64,000 nt of DNA from positions 110,796,001-110,860,000 of the forward strand of contig NC_045696.1 of the NCBI RefSeq assembly GCF_009834535.1, written 5' to 3'. The DNA comes from Camelus ferus. Lineage: Eukaryota. Numbering within the stretch: position 1 is the stretch's first letter; every line of letters starts with the position of its first letter. This document shows positions 63,646 through 64,000 of this stretch, one piece after another. The notes under the pieces were generated by a model that saw nothing but the letters and a program-made list of their open reading frames with translations, ran no database searches and had not been told where the DNA came from. The position numbers were made by a program, and so were the translations under genes.

Positions 63646-64000
63646 TTTTATTGAGAGATAATTTATATACAGTAAAATGTACAAATCTTACATTAATTTA
63701 ACAACCTCTGGCACATTTATAACTTTCTACCAAAAATAAGATTCAGAACATTTACACGACCTCAGAAAATTCCCTCATGCCCTTCCCCATGCAATTCCTT
63801 GCCCAAGGACAGACTAAGATTTCTGTCACCATAGGTTACTTTTGCCAATTGTGTGATTTCATATAAATTCAACAGTATGTACTCTTTAGCATGTAGCTCC
63901 TTTAACTTGACACAATGTTTGTGAGATTCATTTATGATGTTGTGAATATCAGTAATTTATATTGCTAGGTAGTATTATATTGTATGACTGTATCGTAATT
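63646..64000 (-). mobile_element. Old L1 (L1MB/L1ME-like) 3' end, runs off the window
   Basis: ttttattgagagataatttatatacagtaaaatgtacaaatctta...tttgtgagattcat. Confidence 0.8.

Overview
Mammalian genomic DNA, most likely a camelid (camel/alpaca/vicuna). This is inferred from three tRNA-Ala-derived Vic-1-like SINEs and a recurrent artiodactyl-type young L1 3' end; it was not checked against a database. The window looks intergenic or deep intronic and is largely transposable-element derived: old L2/MIR/L1M, hAT and Tigger MITEs, MaLR/ERVL LTRs, five TSD-bounded solo LTRs, many young L1 3' fragments and one L1 5' half (5'UTR+ORF1). I recognise no host protein-coding exon, functional RNA gene, CRISPR array or operon; the ORFs I can recognise in the track are L1 remnants. 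I do not find a convincing new biological system. The most notable structures are: an LTR hotspot at 19-24.5 kb with a head-to-head same-family LTR pair, each copy inside a Tigger MITE and each carrying an ARE motif; a 95-bp twin-primed L1; a MER53 hairpin resembling miR-1302; a 3'-truncated L1; an ARE/AP-1/CCAAT/ETS motif cluster; and candidate non-coding exons. Repeat family names come from recalled consensus similarity, and boundaries without TSDs are approximate.
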